Origin: Glaucostegus cemiculus
Taxonomy: Eukaryota
Direction of reading: 5' to 3'
Assembly (NCBI GenBank): GCA_976551045.1
Contig: CDPCPM010000026.1
Span: forward strand, 6,386,001-6,450,000
DNA length: 64,000 bases
In this document: positions 27,100 through 40,500 of the stretch, in pieces
Numbering within the stretch: the stretch's first letter is position 1
Layout of the letters: the number at the start of each line of letters is the position of its first letter
Translations under genes and position numbers: made by a program
Notes under the pieces: generated by a model
Database searches by the model: none
Seen by the model: the letters and a program-made list of their open reading frames with translations, nothing else
What the model was told of the DNA's origin: nothing

Positions 27100-27398
27100 T
27101 TCCAACAGCATCTTCCAAATCCATGTCCTCCAACAGGCACCTGGGAGCACCACCACTGCAGGTTCCCCTCCAAATTGTACACTGTCCTGATCTGGAAATA
27201 TATCACTGGTCTCTCATCGCTGCCAGTTCTAAATCCTAGAGCTCCCATCCCAATAGCATTGTGTGAGTACTTTCACCAGGAGGACTTCAGGGTTCAAATA
27301 GGTAGCTCATCACCACCTTATCATGGGCAGCTAGGGATTCCAGATGCTGACCTTTCTAACAAAGCCATATCATGCAAACTGAATAAATAAAAAATAAA
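27100..27398 (+). mobile_element. L2/CR1-superfamily LINE 3' end
   Basis: GGGAGCACCACCACTGCAGGTTCCCCTCCAAA...CTGGAAATATATC...GCTCATCACCACCTT...GGGCAGCTAGGGAT...GAATAAATAAAAAATAAAT. Confidence 0.7.
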
Positions 27399-30300
27399 TT
27401 ATTTTGGGTGCAAGATGAATTTGGTCTGTTTTTAAACCTGAGATGAATGTCATATACTGAGGTCCAGATTAGCATCATTTGTACCAGTGTTATTACTATT
27501 TACACAAGTTGCCAAAGCCTAAATGAAGTTTCCCTACCTTAAAAGATGAATAACAATAGCTGTAGACTGATGGAGTCAATATCAGGAGTCAGGTGGAGAA
27601 ATCCAATGGCAATATGTAAAGGATGAAGCTTGGGATGGGACTTCAGGGGCCCTGTCCAGCTCATTCATCAAATATGTGCATGCATCATATTTGCCATTTT
27701 AGAGCTGATCTCTTACTCACAGAGTCAAGATAAAGAATTAGAGAACACAATTTGCTTAATATGGTTACAATTGAAGTTGACACCCACAAAGACATCAAGA
27801 ATAAAAGGAAAATAAAATTACTTTGCTTGACTGTGATTAGGTGACACAGACCCATGAAGTTAAAGGGAATTCCTGTTGGTTTTGATGGATTCTGGTCAGT
27901 TTTAAAAGAGAGATGAAAATCTCTGAGGAAATCCCAGAGAATGGGAGCTAGATGGCTGAAGACTACAGTAAACATCTCAAAGTAGGGTTGTCACCCTAGA
28001 AATATAATCAGGGTTAAAAAAAAGGGAAGTGTTTTTCTCCAGTGTTGTGATGACCATGTGTTTTTTTTGTCTTGACTCTCAAACCAAATCAACTGTTAAG
28101 TGTTAATTTAAACTGGGCAAGGTGTTCATCATTGTCATTGGGAAAACACACATCTGATATTTTCTTATAAAACTAAAACATTTTTGTCTTCTAAAGAGTT
28201 AAGATTGTGAATAAATACTTGATTTAATTTCTTTAATACCTCTTTAATTCTGAATCATTTTATGCTTCTTTGAATTTGCAAACATATGATAAGCAAACAA
28301 ATTTCACAATTTCACAACTGTCGGTGATGGTAATTGCAGCCAAAACCTCTCACCACATGTCAAATCTGATGGATTTACTGAAAATCATGTGAAATAGATA
28401 GCAGAAATAATTTGTATAAATTAGAAGAGTAAGTCAACTGAGTGGTGGGAGATGCACGTGGGACAAGGAGTCACTTGCTCTTCGGTTGTTCTTCTTTTGC
28501 TATAGTATGTTTCATGGGTCTAATCAGATGATCATTGAAACAAGTCACTTTGATTTGAAAGTACTTCCCAGCAGACACTAGACCTTTGCCCTCACTATGA
28601 AAAGAACTCCCTACTTTAGTCAAACCAATGGATGGTTAGCAACATATATTAAAGCGTTTGTTATAATAACTGAAGCTACATCTGGATCTGAGACAACATC
28701 AGACACTTTATAAAATGACTGCAGTGAAAACTATCCATAATGACCACCTTTGGGATTGACTTCAGGTGATCTTTTAGACAGGTTAGCCCCTAATACATAT
28801 TCAACACTCAGTCATAAATCTTTTGATGGTGCTAGGATAAGATGATTGCCATGTGCAGGTTTAGTGTGATTGTATCACAACTGGGAAACACAAAAAAAAT
28901 CCTTATTAGCTTTTGTGAGATGCACCTTAGGAAGAATTCTTGCCTTACTTTCTTTTAACAAAGTAAGTTCAATAAAATGCAATATCTACTCATAATGAAA
29001 TAATATTGCACCAACTAATGTAAATATAGAAGTCAAGTTGCATGAAAATGATAAAACTGTTCACATAAAAAATCATTTACTTGAATTTTTTAATGTTTTC
29101 ATTGCTTTTCCTCGCTAAATAATTCATGATACAGTATTCACCACTGTGCATCATTACAAACAGCTGTGGTCTCTACACATGTCTGCTTCACAATGATCAA
29201 AACAGCACACACAAAAATACACTGTTTTCAAATTGAGAATTAGTTCTATACTGGTAAGTACAAAACTATTGTGGAATCAATTAATGCATAAATGGTACTC
29301 AAAGGATACTAATAATAACTTAAAATGTGCTCAATCAACATGGACAGAAGATCACCTAAATTACACATTATATTGCACTGATGTGAAGTGGATACTGCTT
29401 TTATCCAAACCTCAGCGACTTAAACCATATTGCACTGGGACTTCTCCATTGTCTATCTTTCTGACCTCACTGAATGAGATTGCTCAATGTGGTGTACCTT
29501 TTGGGAGATTCCTTTTGGTTAGAGATAGATTCATGTCAACTACAAACTGGATTAGTACATCCCAAGCTCATTTCACCTCTTGCTGTCAGACAGAAGACTT
29601 TCATTCTCTCTGGCTGAGGTATTTTTGAACTCTGTTTCCAAAGTGCAAAGATGTTTTAATCTATTACATTACCTTTCCTTAATCAAAACATATCCTTACA
29701 TAAAGAAGATGAGATTGCTTTGGGAAATTATCATAACCCAAATACTAATCTTTGCTGTAAAATTACCACTGTTAGAGTACGTTGTTATGATCTTTTATTT
29801 TGATAATGGACAAATTCTATGAAGCAATCTGCCCGTATAATAAGCCTTTCATACATCTCCCAAAGGCAATGATATGAAGAAAATCTACTGCAACTAGTTA
29901 TGGAGGAGTCTAATGGTTAATGTATTACATTTTGCTGTCGTCCTCAGTTACAAAAATGCTATCGCGTTTAATGCAACTATGTCAGATTAAGAAAGAACAT
30001 TGCTTGGAAGTAGAAATCTTAGTGCTTTATTTGCTTTTATCATATTATTATTGAAGTGAGGACAACATATTAAAAGATATCTTCAGATATCATTCTATCA
30101 CCAGAAAGGTAAATTAAAGCAATGATGTCCAAGGGAACAATGCATGTTTTGTTTGCAGACTGCCCATTGTAATGTTCTGTTGTTGAGCTACTGAAGGCTG
30201 AGGATGCTGGATACACAGATAAATGGACACATTAGAAACTTAATCGTGGCATGCCTATTGTTTATGTGCCACATAATTCAATTTAAATTTTATCCAGAAT

Positions 30301-31134
30301 AGATCAAGAGAACATTGAGATCAAGATTCATGTGGAAGGGCAGGGACTGATAAGGAGGATCAACATGATTTGCTGATAGAAAGTCAAAAATGGCCTTTCA
30401 ATTTCTTGTTCCAGTGTTATCTACAACTGGAATGATCACCTTTACCTTCAAACCAGTCTTCATTCCTTCCTACACCCTCCCTAATTCCTGGAATCTCATT
30501 CTGCCTCAGCACACTCCACAGTTATTCCCTGGTATCCCCCACTGCTGAACTTCCTCTCTAATGCTTCCCTGTACATCTTCTTTGACCCCTCTGATCTCCT
30601 GACTCCCCACTCATCTCTCGGGCTCCCACTCTGTCCCACACTTTCCCTCAGCTTGGAGTTTCTCCTACTATCCCCCACCCCTGTCATTTGTCCAAATCCT
30701 CTCACTGTCAGCTTCCCTGTGGCCAGATTTCCCTTTCTTTCACCTACTTCCCGGCAGTCTCCTCTCTCCGCACTATCTACATGTTGTAATAATGCAAAGG
30801 GAAGACTTTTGTCTCAGATTACGTAGATCGAATTCAAACCTCTGTCCACTACAGCAAGTTGGTGTGTCCATCCCCCCACTCACATGGTGTAAAAAAGCCT
30901 GGAGAAGAATTTCCAGACCAAGAGGGTTATTTTATTTTTAATTACAGATTTACATGGTTTTTGGTTTTCCTCACTACAACCAGTAATTTCATGGCTCCAG
31001 ATATCCTGCAACTTCGTCAGGGATGGAAAGTGGCTTTTGGTACACATCGACCACTGAGCAGTAGAATAAGTTAGTATTCAGATTCTGAACTGGACTTTGT
31101 AACCAAGTAGATCACAGCCAGCGACAGCTCAACA

Positions 31135-31490
31135 GGCAGCACGGTGGCGCAGCAGTTAGTGCTGCTGTTTCACACCTCCAGCCACCCGGGTTCACCCTGA
31201 TGCTGTCTGTATGAAGCTGGCACAACCTCTGATTTCCTCCCACTTCCCAAAGATGTACAGGTAGGTGAAATGACTACAATAAATTGCCCCTAGAGTAGCT
31301 GGGAGGCAAGAGAGTCAAGAAGGAGGTGATGGATACGTGAGAGAGCAGCCTGGTTTGTGCTGTATTGTTCTATGGTTCTATAAATTATAGGGAAATAAGT
31401 GGGAAAATGGGACTAATGGGAATGCTCTGGGAGCTGGCATAGACTTGAAAGGCTGAATGGTCTCCTTCTATGTCATGAGAAATATGTAGT
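31135..31490 (+). mobile_element. Older HE1-like V-SINE
   Basis: Head GGCAGCACGGTGGCGCAGCAGTTAGTGCTGCTG...CCCGGGTTCA, partial V-domain TTTCCTCCCACTTCCCAAAGA, CR1-type tail GGCTGAATGGTCTCCTTCTATGTC. Confidence 0.75.
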
Positions 31491-31899
31491 ATGAAAAGTA
31501 GCAGTCTAAATTTAGGCTAGTCAGACTGTAACACCAGTCCAGGGCAAACCCTAAAAGCACCAAATGTTCTTGCACATGATCTTTGTAAATTAGACATTAT
31601 CCAACAAGCAAGTGGACTCCTGCATATGCTGGAACCTTCATCTGACCTGGGGGGTGTTGTCTGGGGTTGGCCATCAGTGGTGGGGTGTGGCCCTCAATGA
31701 GCAGTTTGACTAGACTGAGCAAAATGATTGAAACATAAATTATATTACTGAGACTAATTTCTACATTGTGTAATCAGTATCTGCAGCATAACCATACTTT
31801 TAATAATATATCACTGGCTGCTCCGATATTTTTATGTGAACATTCATATAGGGTGTTCGCTCAATGTGGACACTATCATGTCAGCCACCTGTTATGTGT

Positions 31900-31958
31900 C
31901 CAGCATTTTGTGTATGTTGCTCCAGATTCCAGCATTTGCAGAATCTCTTGTGTCTCCA
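31900..31958 (+). mobile_element. Penelope extreme 3' terminus fragment
   Basis: CCAGCATTTTGTGTATGTTGCTCCAGATTCCAGCATTTGCAGAATCTCTTGTGTCTCC. Confidence 0.75.
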
Positions 31959-32681
31959 ATGGGTTTGAATATTAAGTTGGGTGTACAATAAGATTTAATA
32001 TGGTACTGTGTGTTACACCTTGAATAACAGCTATCCCTCAACTTACAGTTGCTGTCTGTTCAGAGAAGGGAGTAATTTCTCTCATATAGTTTTCTGAGAA
32101 TAGGAAGTTAGCGAAGTTAGTGCACCTTGAAAAATTCTTACATGGTTTGCTACAACCATAAGGGGGCTAAGGTTTGGTTTCTTACAATAATATACAGCAA
32201 AGATTGGGAATCAAAATCAAAATGTGATCAAATGCATTGAGTTCTTTGTGGCACCCTAAACTGGAAATTTGTTCAAAAAACATAAAAATCAAGTTAAAAG
32301 TCTCACCAAAGAAATAATCTTTTTGCTTTCATGCATTGGCTTACCTTTTGTGTAATCTGAATATTTTTTTCATTTTATTTTTTGGCATTACAGTTGATTT
32401 AGAATTCATTGTTGGTTTACTGGGAGTGAAGTGGGAAGTGGCAACATGAATTTTATTGATATACGCAGAATAAGACAAGACTGGTGCTGCGATGTAATGG
32501 GCCGGAACATATTGACGACATGCCAACTATTCATTGAGAATCACCGGCTAACTGCAGTAGGTAGCATATTTTGCAGTTCCGCACAGTGCATTCAAATGGT
32601 AAATTTAAGTAAGTCTTTATTTCTCTTTATGTGTATCTTTTTAAAAATTAGCAACAGTTCAATGTGTTTAAAATAAATTCA

Positions 32682-32872
32682 GAGACGCAAGAGACTGCAG
32701 ATGCTGGAATCTGGAACAACAATCTGCTGGAGGAACTCAGCAGGTCAAGCAGCATCTGTGAGAGGAAAGGAATTGTCAATGCTTTGGATCGAAAGGTCTT
32801 CAACCTGAAACACCGACAATCCCTTTCCTCCCACAGACGCTGCTCAGCCCAGCGACTTCCTCCAGCAGATGG
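32682..32872. mobile_element. Fold-back Penelope-derived mini-element
   Basis: Arms TCTGCTGGAGGAACTCAGCAGGTCAAGCAGCATCTGTGAGAGGAAAGGAATTGTC and GACAATCCCTTTCCTCCCACAGACGCTGCTCAGCCCAGCGACTTCCTCCAGCAGA; flanking direct repeat TAAAATAAATTCA at 32669-32681 and 32873-32885. Confidence 0.88.
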
Positions 32873-34082
32873 TAAAATAAATTCATTAGTGTTCAAAGAA
32901 TAAGTAAAATTATGTAGTTTTTAATTTAGCTAAATGTTTTTCAGCTGCCTCCCAATGCCCCTGATCATCACAGACATTGTGAAACAGTAAAAAGGCTTTT
33001 GACTGCACATTCTATCAGAAGACCCACAGGGAAGTCTGTGGACAACCTGTTCCATCTTGCAATATGATGGAAACAATGATGCCAGCAGCAGTTTACCAGT
33101 CTTGTGGCCTCGAAAGATCTGGCGCCCAAGGTTGTTGAGGTTAGTTACAAATGTTTACAACAGTCATTTACATATTGCCTCACAGAGATGTAATTAAATA
33201 AATGGTTAAGCTAATTATCATTATACTTTAATTGGAAAATCTTTAAACTTAAAAGACAGTTTTGTAGTTTCCCTTCACCACTTATAAGTAAATAAATGAT
33301 CATATGTTTCCACCTATGCTTCATAAAACTAGTTTCTCTGAATATTTGCTTGTTTTTATCACGTCAGAAAGTAGCTTTAATGTGTGTGTTTTCATTCATT
33401 ATATGAATGAAATGACCCAAACGTTTATTAAATGCAATTAGGTTATAGCTGAGGTTACCCAAACTGCTGCAAAATGTTTGACACATTAGACAGATATTTT
33501 CCAGATATAAGGTACACGAGAGGCAGACGGTCATGCTTTTTCCACCGGAAACAATAGAAGTCCACCTCTACATTAGTTGACATTCTTATTAGGGTCAAAT
33601 CTGTTCTTTGCCCTCTGTCATCCTCCTGCTCTTTTGTCTAGGTGATGGAACTATATTTCTGACCACAGCTTGTGTTCCCTGTACCTTGCTTGTTAGAGGT
33701 GAATTCCCACGCTTGTGTTTCAGATCTGAGCAACCAAAGCTGCAGTGATTAATCTTTCCCCAATTCCTAAACTTAAAAACATCCTCACAATCAGATGCAA
33801 TCAATTCATTTTATCTCAAGCTTGTTGACTTTGTTTATTTACCTTTTTTAAGTTTGAAGGAAGCACACAAAAGACCTGACTACCTTTCTCTTTCTGTCTG
33901 TCTTTTTCCTTATCTTTTGCCACCATTTCTAGTTGTGGAATACACCAAGCATTTTATCTCATCAAAGGGTGCAAATGCTAATCAATGTCTTCCTTGGGCT
34001 GCTGTAATTTCTTCCACCTCAGTCTGACCATGTGTTGAATAGGCTGTGTGAGTCACTGGCATTAAAACCACTTTGTACCTGT

Positions 34083-34332
34083 GGCACGATAGCGTAGCGG
34101 TTAGCGCGACGCTGTTACAGCGCCAGCGATCGGGGTTCGATTCCCATCGCTGACTGTAAGGAGTTTGTACATTCTCCCGTGTCTGCGTGGGTTTCCTCCG
34201 GGTGCTCCAGTTTCCTCCCACATTCTGAAAGACGTACGGGTAGATTAATTTGGGGGTTAAAAGTGGGCGGCGTGGACTCAGAGGGCCGAAAGGGCCTGTT
34301 ACCATGCTGTAAATAAAATTAAAATTAAAATT
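34083..34332 (+). mobile_element. V-SINE subfamily B (CR1/HER1-type tail), young
   Basis: CpG-rich head GGCACGATAGCGTAGCGGTTAGCGCG, B-box GGGTTCGATTCCC, V-domain, tail GGGCCGAAAGGGCCTGTTACCATGCTGTAAAT followed by AAAATT repeats. Confidence 0.93.
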
Positions 34333-34584
34333 CTATACTCTTCTAGAGAAAGGATGTTATGATGGAAAAAAAATTCTAGAATTTTGGAAATGGTGGATTT
34401 AAGAAAGCTGGGAATGTGCAGGAGATTTACATCAGCCCTCAAGTATATATCCATGCACGTTCTAGTCAGTTACCGTCAAGTAGCAGATGTTCAATGTTAG
34501 AGATATTTTTACTTGTCATACATCAAGTAGAAAGATATGTTGATATGGTGCATTTCAGGTTATCCCAAAGAAAATTAGAGTTAA

Positions 34585-35065
34585 TGACAAAACAAAAAGT
34601 GATTGAAACTCTTCGCAGGTCAAGCAGTGTCAGGGGGAGAGAAAGAGAGTTGATGTTTTGGGTCAAGACCCCTTTATCCGAATGGGAGAAGTGAGAAAAC
34701 AAAGTGTGTTTTAAGTTGCAGAAAGGGAGAGTGGTGAAGAGAACAGAAGAAATGTGATATAGTGTAGACCAAAGTTGCCAAGGGATTTTTAGAGCCAGCA
34801 GTTGAAACAAAATGATGAAGAGATAAATTAAAATACAGCAAATTGAAACAAACATACAGCCACATCTGTGAGAAAAAAGGGATTACATGAAGTTGTTGAA
34901 CTCGGTATTAAGTCTCAAGGGTTGTAATATGCTTTGTCAAAAGATGAGATACTGTTGCATTTGTTGGAACAATGTAGACCAAAAAGAGAGAGGTCAGAGT
35001 GGAAGTGGGGTGGAATATTACAATGTCAGGTGACTGGAAGCATGAGATCACTCTTGCGGATGAAC
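34585..35065 (-). mobile_element. Penelope 3' region relic
   Basis: GAAACTCTTCGCAGGTCAAGCAGTGTC...GATGTTTTGGGTCAAGACCCCTTTATC, followed by endonuclease-region-like GGTCAGAGTGGAAGTGGGGTGGAATATTAC. Confidence 0.65.
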
Positions 35066-35067
35066 AG

Positions 35068-35235
35068 GTTACAGCCAATGAAGCAGCATTAAATTGTGGT
35101 CACCATTGTAATGTAGGAAATATTGCAGCCAATTCACATACAGCAAGCTCCCACTCAAGTTTCTGGAGAGAGACTTAACACACAACCTTCTGATTCAGCA
35201 GTGAAAGTGCTGTCAACTGAGCTGCAGCTGACACT
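35068..35235 (-). mobile_element. SacSINE1/Deu-type SINE with internal deletion
   Basis: TTACAGCCAATGAAG...GTCACCATTGTAATGTAGGAAATATTGCAGCCAATT...CAGCAAGCTCCCA joined to CTCAAGTTTCTGGAG...CACAACCTTCTGATTCAG...AGTGCTGTCAACTGAGC. Confidence 0.7.
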
Positions 35236-36942
35236 TAAAAGAGTTGCAAGATCAAAAGGACTGTTAAACTTCTGAAAATATCAAAAAATATTAATCATGA
35301 AATCAAGATAAGTCTCGTGTAAGGCTATTAAATGAGATGAAGTATTTGTTTAAATAACACGTGTATGTTTTTTTGCTCCACCTTATCCATTGTATTACTT
35401 TATTGACATGTCAGCAAATGCATCTTATCAAATGTTTCTGAGTCAACAGATTATTGGGCTGACATTTTCATTTGAAAGGAAAGTTCCTATAGTTTGTTTT
35501 GTATGTTCAAAAATTGATTTTACATTAGTGTGTAATGGTTTTTACTATATTTAGATATTTACATTTGATCTGCATATCTACTGAGCAAATTAAAGTAGGT
35601 GAGGAGTGGTAGCTTGCAACAGCAATGGCAGCTAAGTAATTAATTTCACACACAAATAAGTAAGCAACAAGACAAATATTTTTTTGCTACTGTAATGCTT
35701 TCATTATACAGATATTTTACATCAAATATGATTGTAAACAGAACAACAAATTTCTGCCCAGCTCCGTATACTGTATGTAATATGAAACTGACCTCAACAT
35801 ACTGTGGTTCGATTGTTACTGTGGGTGCAAGGATACACGTTCTGACTGTGATTGGTAACTTTAGTTCATTTACACAACCAGGTGTGATTGATTGCCCTGG
35901 TGTTCCATTGTTCAGGATCTACGAGCTCCAGTAAAAAGACTTCTGCCTGCATTGTTCTCCAGGTGTCTTGTGTGTGCTATACCCCTGATGCCATTGGCAT
36001 CAATAAAACAAAATAAAAAATAGCCAGTGCTATTGCAAATCCTGTCAGTTATATTCAATGGCAGATGATTAATCAGTGCCACTATTGCAGAATATCAAAT
36101 GAACTCTCTTTTATCTTGCTTTTCACAAATTTATTGCAAGTATAATGTTTGTACTGTAGATCTGCACTTAACTTTAATTATAATTATCCACGGCTTGAAA
36201 TCTGAGTGAAAGAAAACAGTTTAATTTATTCCATTAATAGCGAGAGACTGTGGTATGAAATGCTTTGTTGAAATACTTGGTGATACAATAGTCAAGTTTT
36301 ACTCTATAATCCATGTGTCAAACAATAATCAAATGCGAGCTACGACAATGCCAGGTTTGTAATGGAGCTCAGATAGTACACAGTGTAATAAGAAGACTGG
36401 GTGTCTTTATTTGAGAAAATAAGGCAGAAGGGTGTCAGAATATAAATCTTTGAAATTATGAAGTGCTTCAATAGAGGAGGTACAATGGGAGCAGGAGATA
36501 ACTTGTGGGTTGAAACAGATTGAGCTGAGGGAAGGTAGGAGAAGGTTTGTGTGCAGCATTGGCTGGTTAGACTGAATGGACTATTTCTGTGCTGTATATC
36601 TGGTGTGATTGGTAGGCCCACTTATAAATATACTTTTCAGTCCAGCAGCCCATCTGCAAGGCTAATGTTGGAATTACACAGCTTAGGGACCTGGTAGTTA
36701 AAGGTACAGACAACAAACGTGGAATGGTTAGGACTGGAGATAATTGAGAAGCCAAAATGGGAGGAAAGCAGATATCTGGGAGGGTAGAAGGAGTAGAGAC
36801 AAGGAGAGGTAAACTCTTGAGCGATGCGGAAATGAAGATAAGAATTTTATATTTAAATTATTACTTGACATGGAGCCATTGTTGGCCAGTAAGCACAGGG
36901 GAAAGCAAGTACACTTTGGAAATAATATGCAATACACACGGA

Positions 36943-37050
36943 GACATAACAGAGTGCAGATGTTGGTATCTGGTCCAGTCTTGACACAAAATGATGACTG
37001 TGCATTTCCCTCTGCAGATGCTGCCTGACCCAATCAGTTCCTCCAGCAAG
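36943..37050. mobile_element. Short inverted Penelope terminal fragments
   Basis: GACATAACAGAGTGCAGATGTTGGTATCTGG (minus terminus) abutting GTCTTGACACAAAATGATGACTG...GATGCTGCCTGACCCAATCAGTTCCTCCAGCA (plus). Confidence 0.65.
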
Positions 37051-37379
37051 TCATTTCACTGCTCATGAAAAATATAGGCATGGTAACAAAATCAATCGTC
37101 CATACGCACAATGTATGTAATAGTTTCAATTAAATATTTTTTGTTAACGTGGAAAGGTATGATTGGTCATAGTCCCTCAGGACAAGTCCATATTTTTATA
37201 CAAATTCTGCAAGGCTCAGACATGGCAGGTCAGTGCTCTCTCTCATAGCTGTCTCCCTGGATGCTTTCTCTCTGCATTTGCTCTTCTGTTTCCCATCTCC
37301 ATCCCTTTCCCTTTGCTTTACTTCTTCTAGCTCTTTTTGCACCACCTTGTCTTCTTTCTTTTCAGATGGGAGTTGTTTC

Positions 37380-37585
37380 AGACCATCATTGTCAATAGGA
37401 TAAAGAAACAGATCAGAACTGCAAGACAACAATTCTATTGGGTATTATATGAATTGTTGTTCCTCTAGTTTGTATTTTGCCTCACCCTGGCAGTGGAGGA
37501 GGCTGAGGACAGTATGTCAGCATGGGAATAGGGAAGAGAATTAAAATGGCTGGTAATCAGGAGCTCCAGACAGCCGTGGTGGATC
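37380..37585 (-). mobile_element. Penelope GIY-YIG-region relic
   Basis: GCCTCACCCTGGCAGTGGAGGAGGCTGAGGACAG...GGGAATAGGGAAGAGAATTAAAATGGCTGG is paralogous to 18610-18700. Confidence 0.7.
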
Positions 37586-40500
37586 ATTGACAAGGCTACA
37601 GAGTTTTTGATGTGTGACAATGATTATTTTTGCCTTCCTCGTGTTCCATCGAATTTATAGTTCCTTGAGGAAGAAGAGGAATATTCTGTCTGTGCATTTC
37701 ACATTTTCATTTTTAAGTTAAACTGTGCTTTTGGGAGGCGAGTTCAGGATTAATGGTTCAAATCTTCTGTAATATACCTCATTGCTCACATTCACTGTGG
37801 AGGTCATGAAGTGCTTACCTGATTAGTACCAGGAAGCCTAAACTAACTGAACAAAGCATTCAGGACCCGTTTGGTGAGCACTGAATGGCAGCAGGGACTC
37901 GTACAATGTAATACGGTCATGTGAGTGAGACAGATTAAACCCCGTGGAGAAATACACGTAGATTCACAGCAAAGCCAACCTCCAGCTTGAAGATGTCAAG
38001 AGATCCGAATGCTTCTGTAATTCCCTGGCATTCAAAATGAAACTCAACAGCTATTATAAATCAAATAAACAATTAAAACATGAACAAGTTGTAGAAATTT
38101 CAAAAATTAAACTATTAAATCATAAGATACTTTTAAACAATAATTTTAAGCTCTATAAGAAACAAAAATAATTCAAAAAATGTAATGTATTTAACCTTTC
38201 TACCTTGCAACTATTGACTTTCACTTTCCGTTTGTTGGGCTCAGGGATCCTGTGCCAGCTCTACCTGTGTGCAGATTTCCTAAATGATGTGATGGGAACT
38301 CCAGCAAGGTTGTGCTCCACTGTTGAACTCCATGCAGAGTGCAGCATCTAAGTGATTCTATGCAGGGCTAATCAGACTGACTGGGACTTCTGCTTTCACA
38401 TGGGATTGGCCAGTACGTGTGGCAGATACATGCTGTCCATTTATCATGGACTCCAGTACCTTACCTTCTGCAAGTTCCAGCCCATTAATACAGGGTACTG
38501 TGATAACTGCTTTTATCTAGTTTCATCATTGTAATATTAGAGTTAATTTGGCAATTTGGGAGAAAAATATAAAATCTTAAAAAGACAGGAGCTGCTTGAA
38601 CCTGTTGGCAATTGGAAAGTTCATCTGAGTACATAAATATATGCTAAAATAAAAGCAGGCTAACCTAATTGAAAACCTGTTAATTTACAATGGCAACAGT
38701 AGGACAATATAGGAAAGGTTGGCAAACTTGATGATTAAATGTCTAGACTGCAATGGGTAGTGAGTCATTAGCATTTTGGGTGGAGAATACTACACTACAC
38801 ACTGAAGAAGTTTATTGTAAATATACAATTAACAGAAAAAGTGTTTTATTCAAATGAATGATGAATGTTCTAACTATTATTTTATAGGTACTTGGCATAT
38901 AGCCTATTCAGCATTTTCCCAACATCCACCCTCATTCTCTCTGCTCAATTTCCATTGCTGTATCCCACAGTTACAATTTGTTGAACAGATTCCCTAGTGC
39001 TGAATTCCTGATCCTTTTTATACAATCTATTACCCTGTCCTCAGTACCAACATTGTCAGATGGACTTTCACGAAGGTCTGCTACATTCTGCTGGGAATAT
39101 TATTACATTTCTGTGATCCTGGAATAAAACACGCATGGAGTCTCTATCGGGTCAGATCCCATGCACACCACTCTCCTCTGGGGATGGGTCTCACACACAC
39201 CAAACTGGGCACAGTTCTGGGATATAGCTCTGCATACATTGACTCCCACTGAGGTACGTGTTTCAGATTCAGTGGCTCTCTCTAGCATATGGTTGGTTCC
39301 ACACACTGGCTCTCTCTGGGTGACAGCCATTGACACCCTTTGGTATTGGTCCCACAGACTTGTGACTCTACATTTCCCTCTGTCGTAACCCAGTTGCCAC
39401 AGTTTGCCAGCTCATTTAATCTGTTACTTTCTCTTTGTAAATTTAACAAAGTTAATAAAGCTGGAGAATCCAACACCACATCTGTCTTGTGGGATACAGG
39501 ATGCCCACGGAATATCGGAAGCCAGGATATAACAAGGCGTGTAGCATGTTGCACTTTTTATGGTCCAGAAACTGCAGTAATAAAAATCATATTTCAATTG
39601 TTATCAATCATTCTTGTTAACATCATTTTCACCTCTAGCTATTACCAAAAACACAGAAGGCATGCACTGTACTGCACTTAAACATGTGTCTCATCTACTG
39701 CCCCATTTTATGGAGCATCGAAGTGCTTCACATACATCATTTCTTTCCTTTATAGGCGCAGTCTTTCAGACTTCCCTGAACACGTCATTACACTCCCCAG
39801 TTCATTGCTATTGATCCACTGCAGCACTCCAATACTCTTCCAATCACAATATATTGCAACTGTAAAACGATTCCAAAATTAATCAATCCCCAAAGTTAAA
39901 GCATGCAATAAAACCCCAGGAAATAAGAAGAAAGTTAATAAATTGAAACATAACATTAAAAGTATGTTTAAAAACAGTATAAAATTAGTATTAATTAACA
40001 ATGCTAATTTAAAGTACTCCACTTTCTCAAACACAATCTTCAGTCATCTGAATATTCAGGCCCAATGGTTCTAATGCACTTACAGTTCTCCAGATTCTCC
40101 AGATATTTTTGTACTTAATTGAGAACGAAAATTAGAATATTATAACTCATGTTTGCTTTCTATTTGCCTGCGTAACTTTCCTGCCCTCGACTCACTGTTT
40201 GTTGTTCTTATCAAATTAATACTGCACAACCCATTAGAGTTATTGGTGGTTGCATTCTTATTGCATTATTTTAGCTACATCATTGAGGAGAACCCCAGTA
40301 CCAAGAAAATAAATAGGTTTTGATTTAAATCAATTGACCACCACAAAATAAATTCAATGTAGATATTGTTGTTTGTAACTTCTCAGCCACACCACAGAAA
40401 TCAAGTTTGCTCGCATCCACAGAATACCTTCCTAGTGTAATCCAAGGTGATAGACTTGTGTTAAAAATTACTAATCCATCTATGGGACATCGAGGTAAAA

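Noticed and set aside
33389-33413. Short palindrome TTTCATTCAT-TAT-ATGAATGAAA (and TGATGCCATTGGCATCA near 35986)
   Set aside because: Short or AT-rich stems are expected by chance in 64 kb, and there is no associated element structure.
34083-34150. tRNA gene calls at SINE heads (also 3219, 25105, 52700, 58549)
   Set aside because: A and B boxes are present, but the sequence runs directly into the V-domain and lacks a proper acceptor stem, so these are SINE heads.
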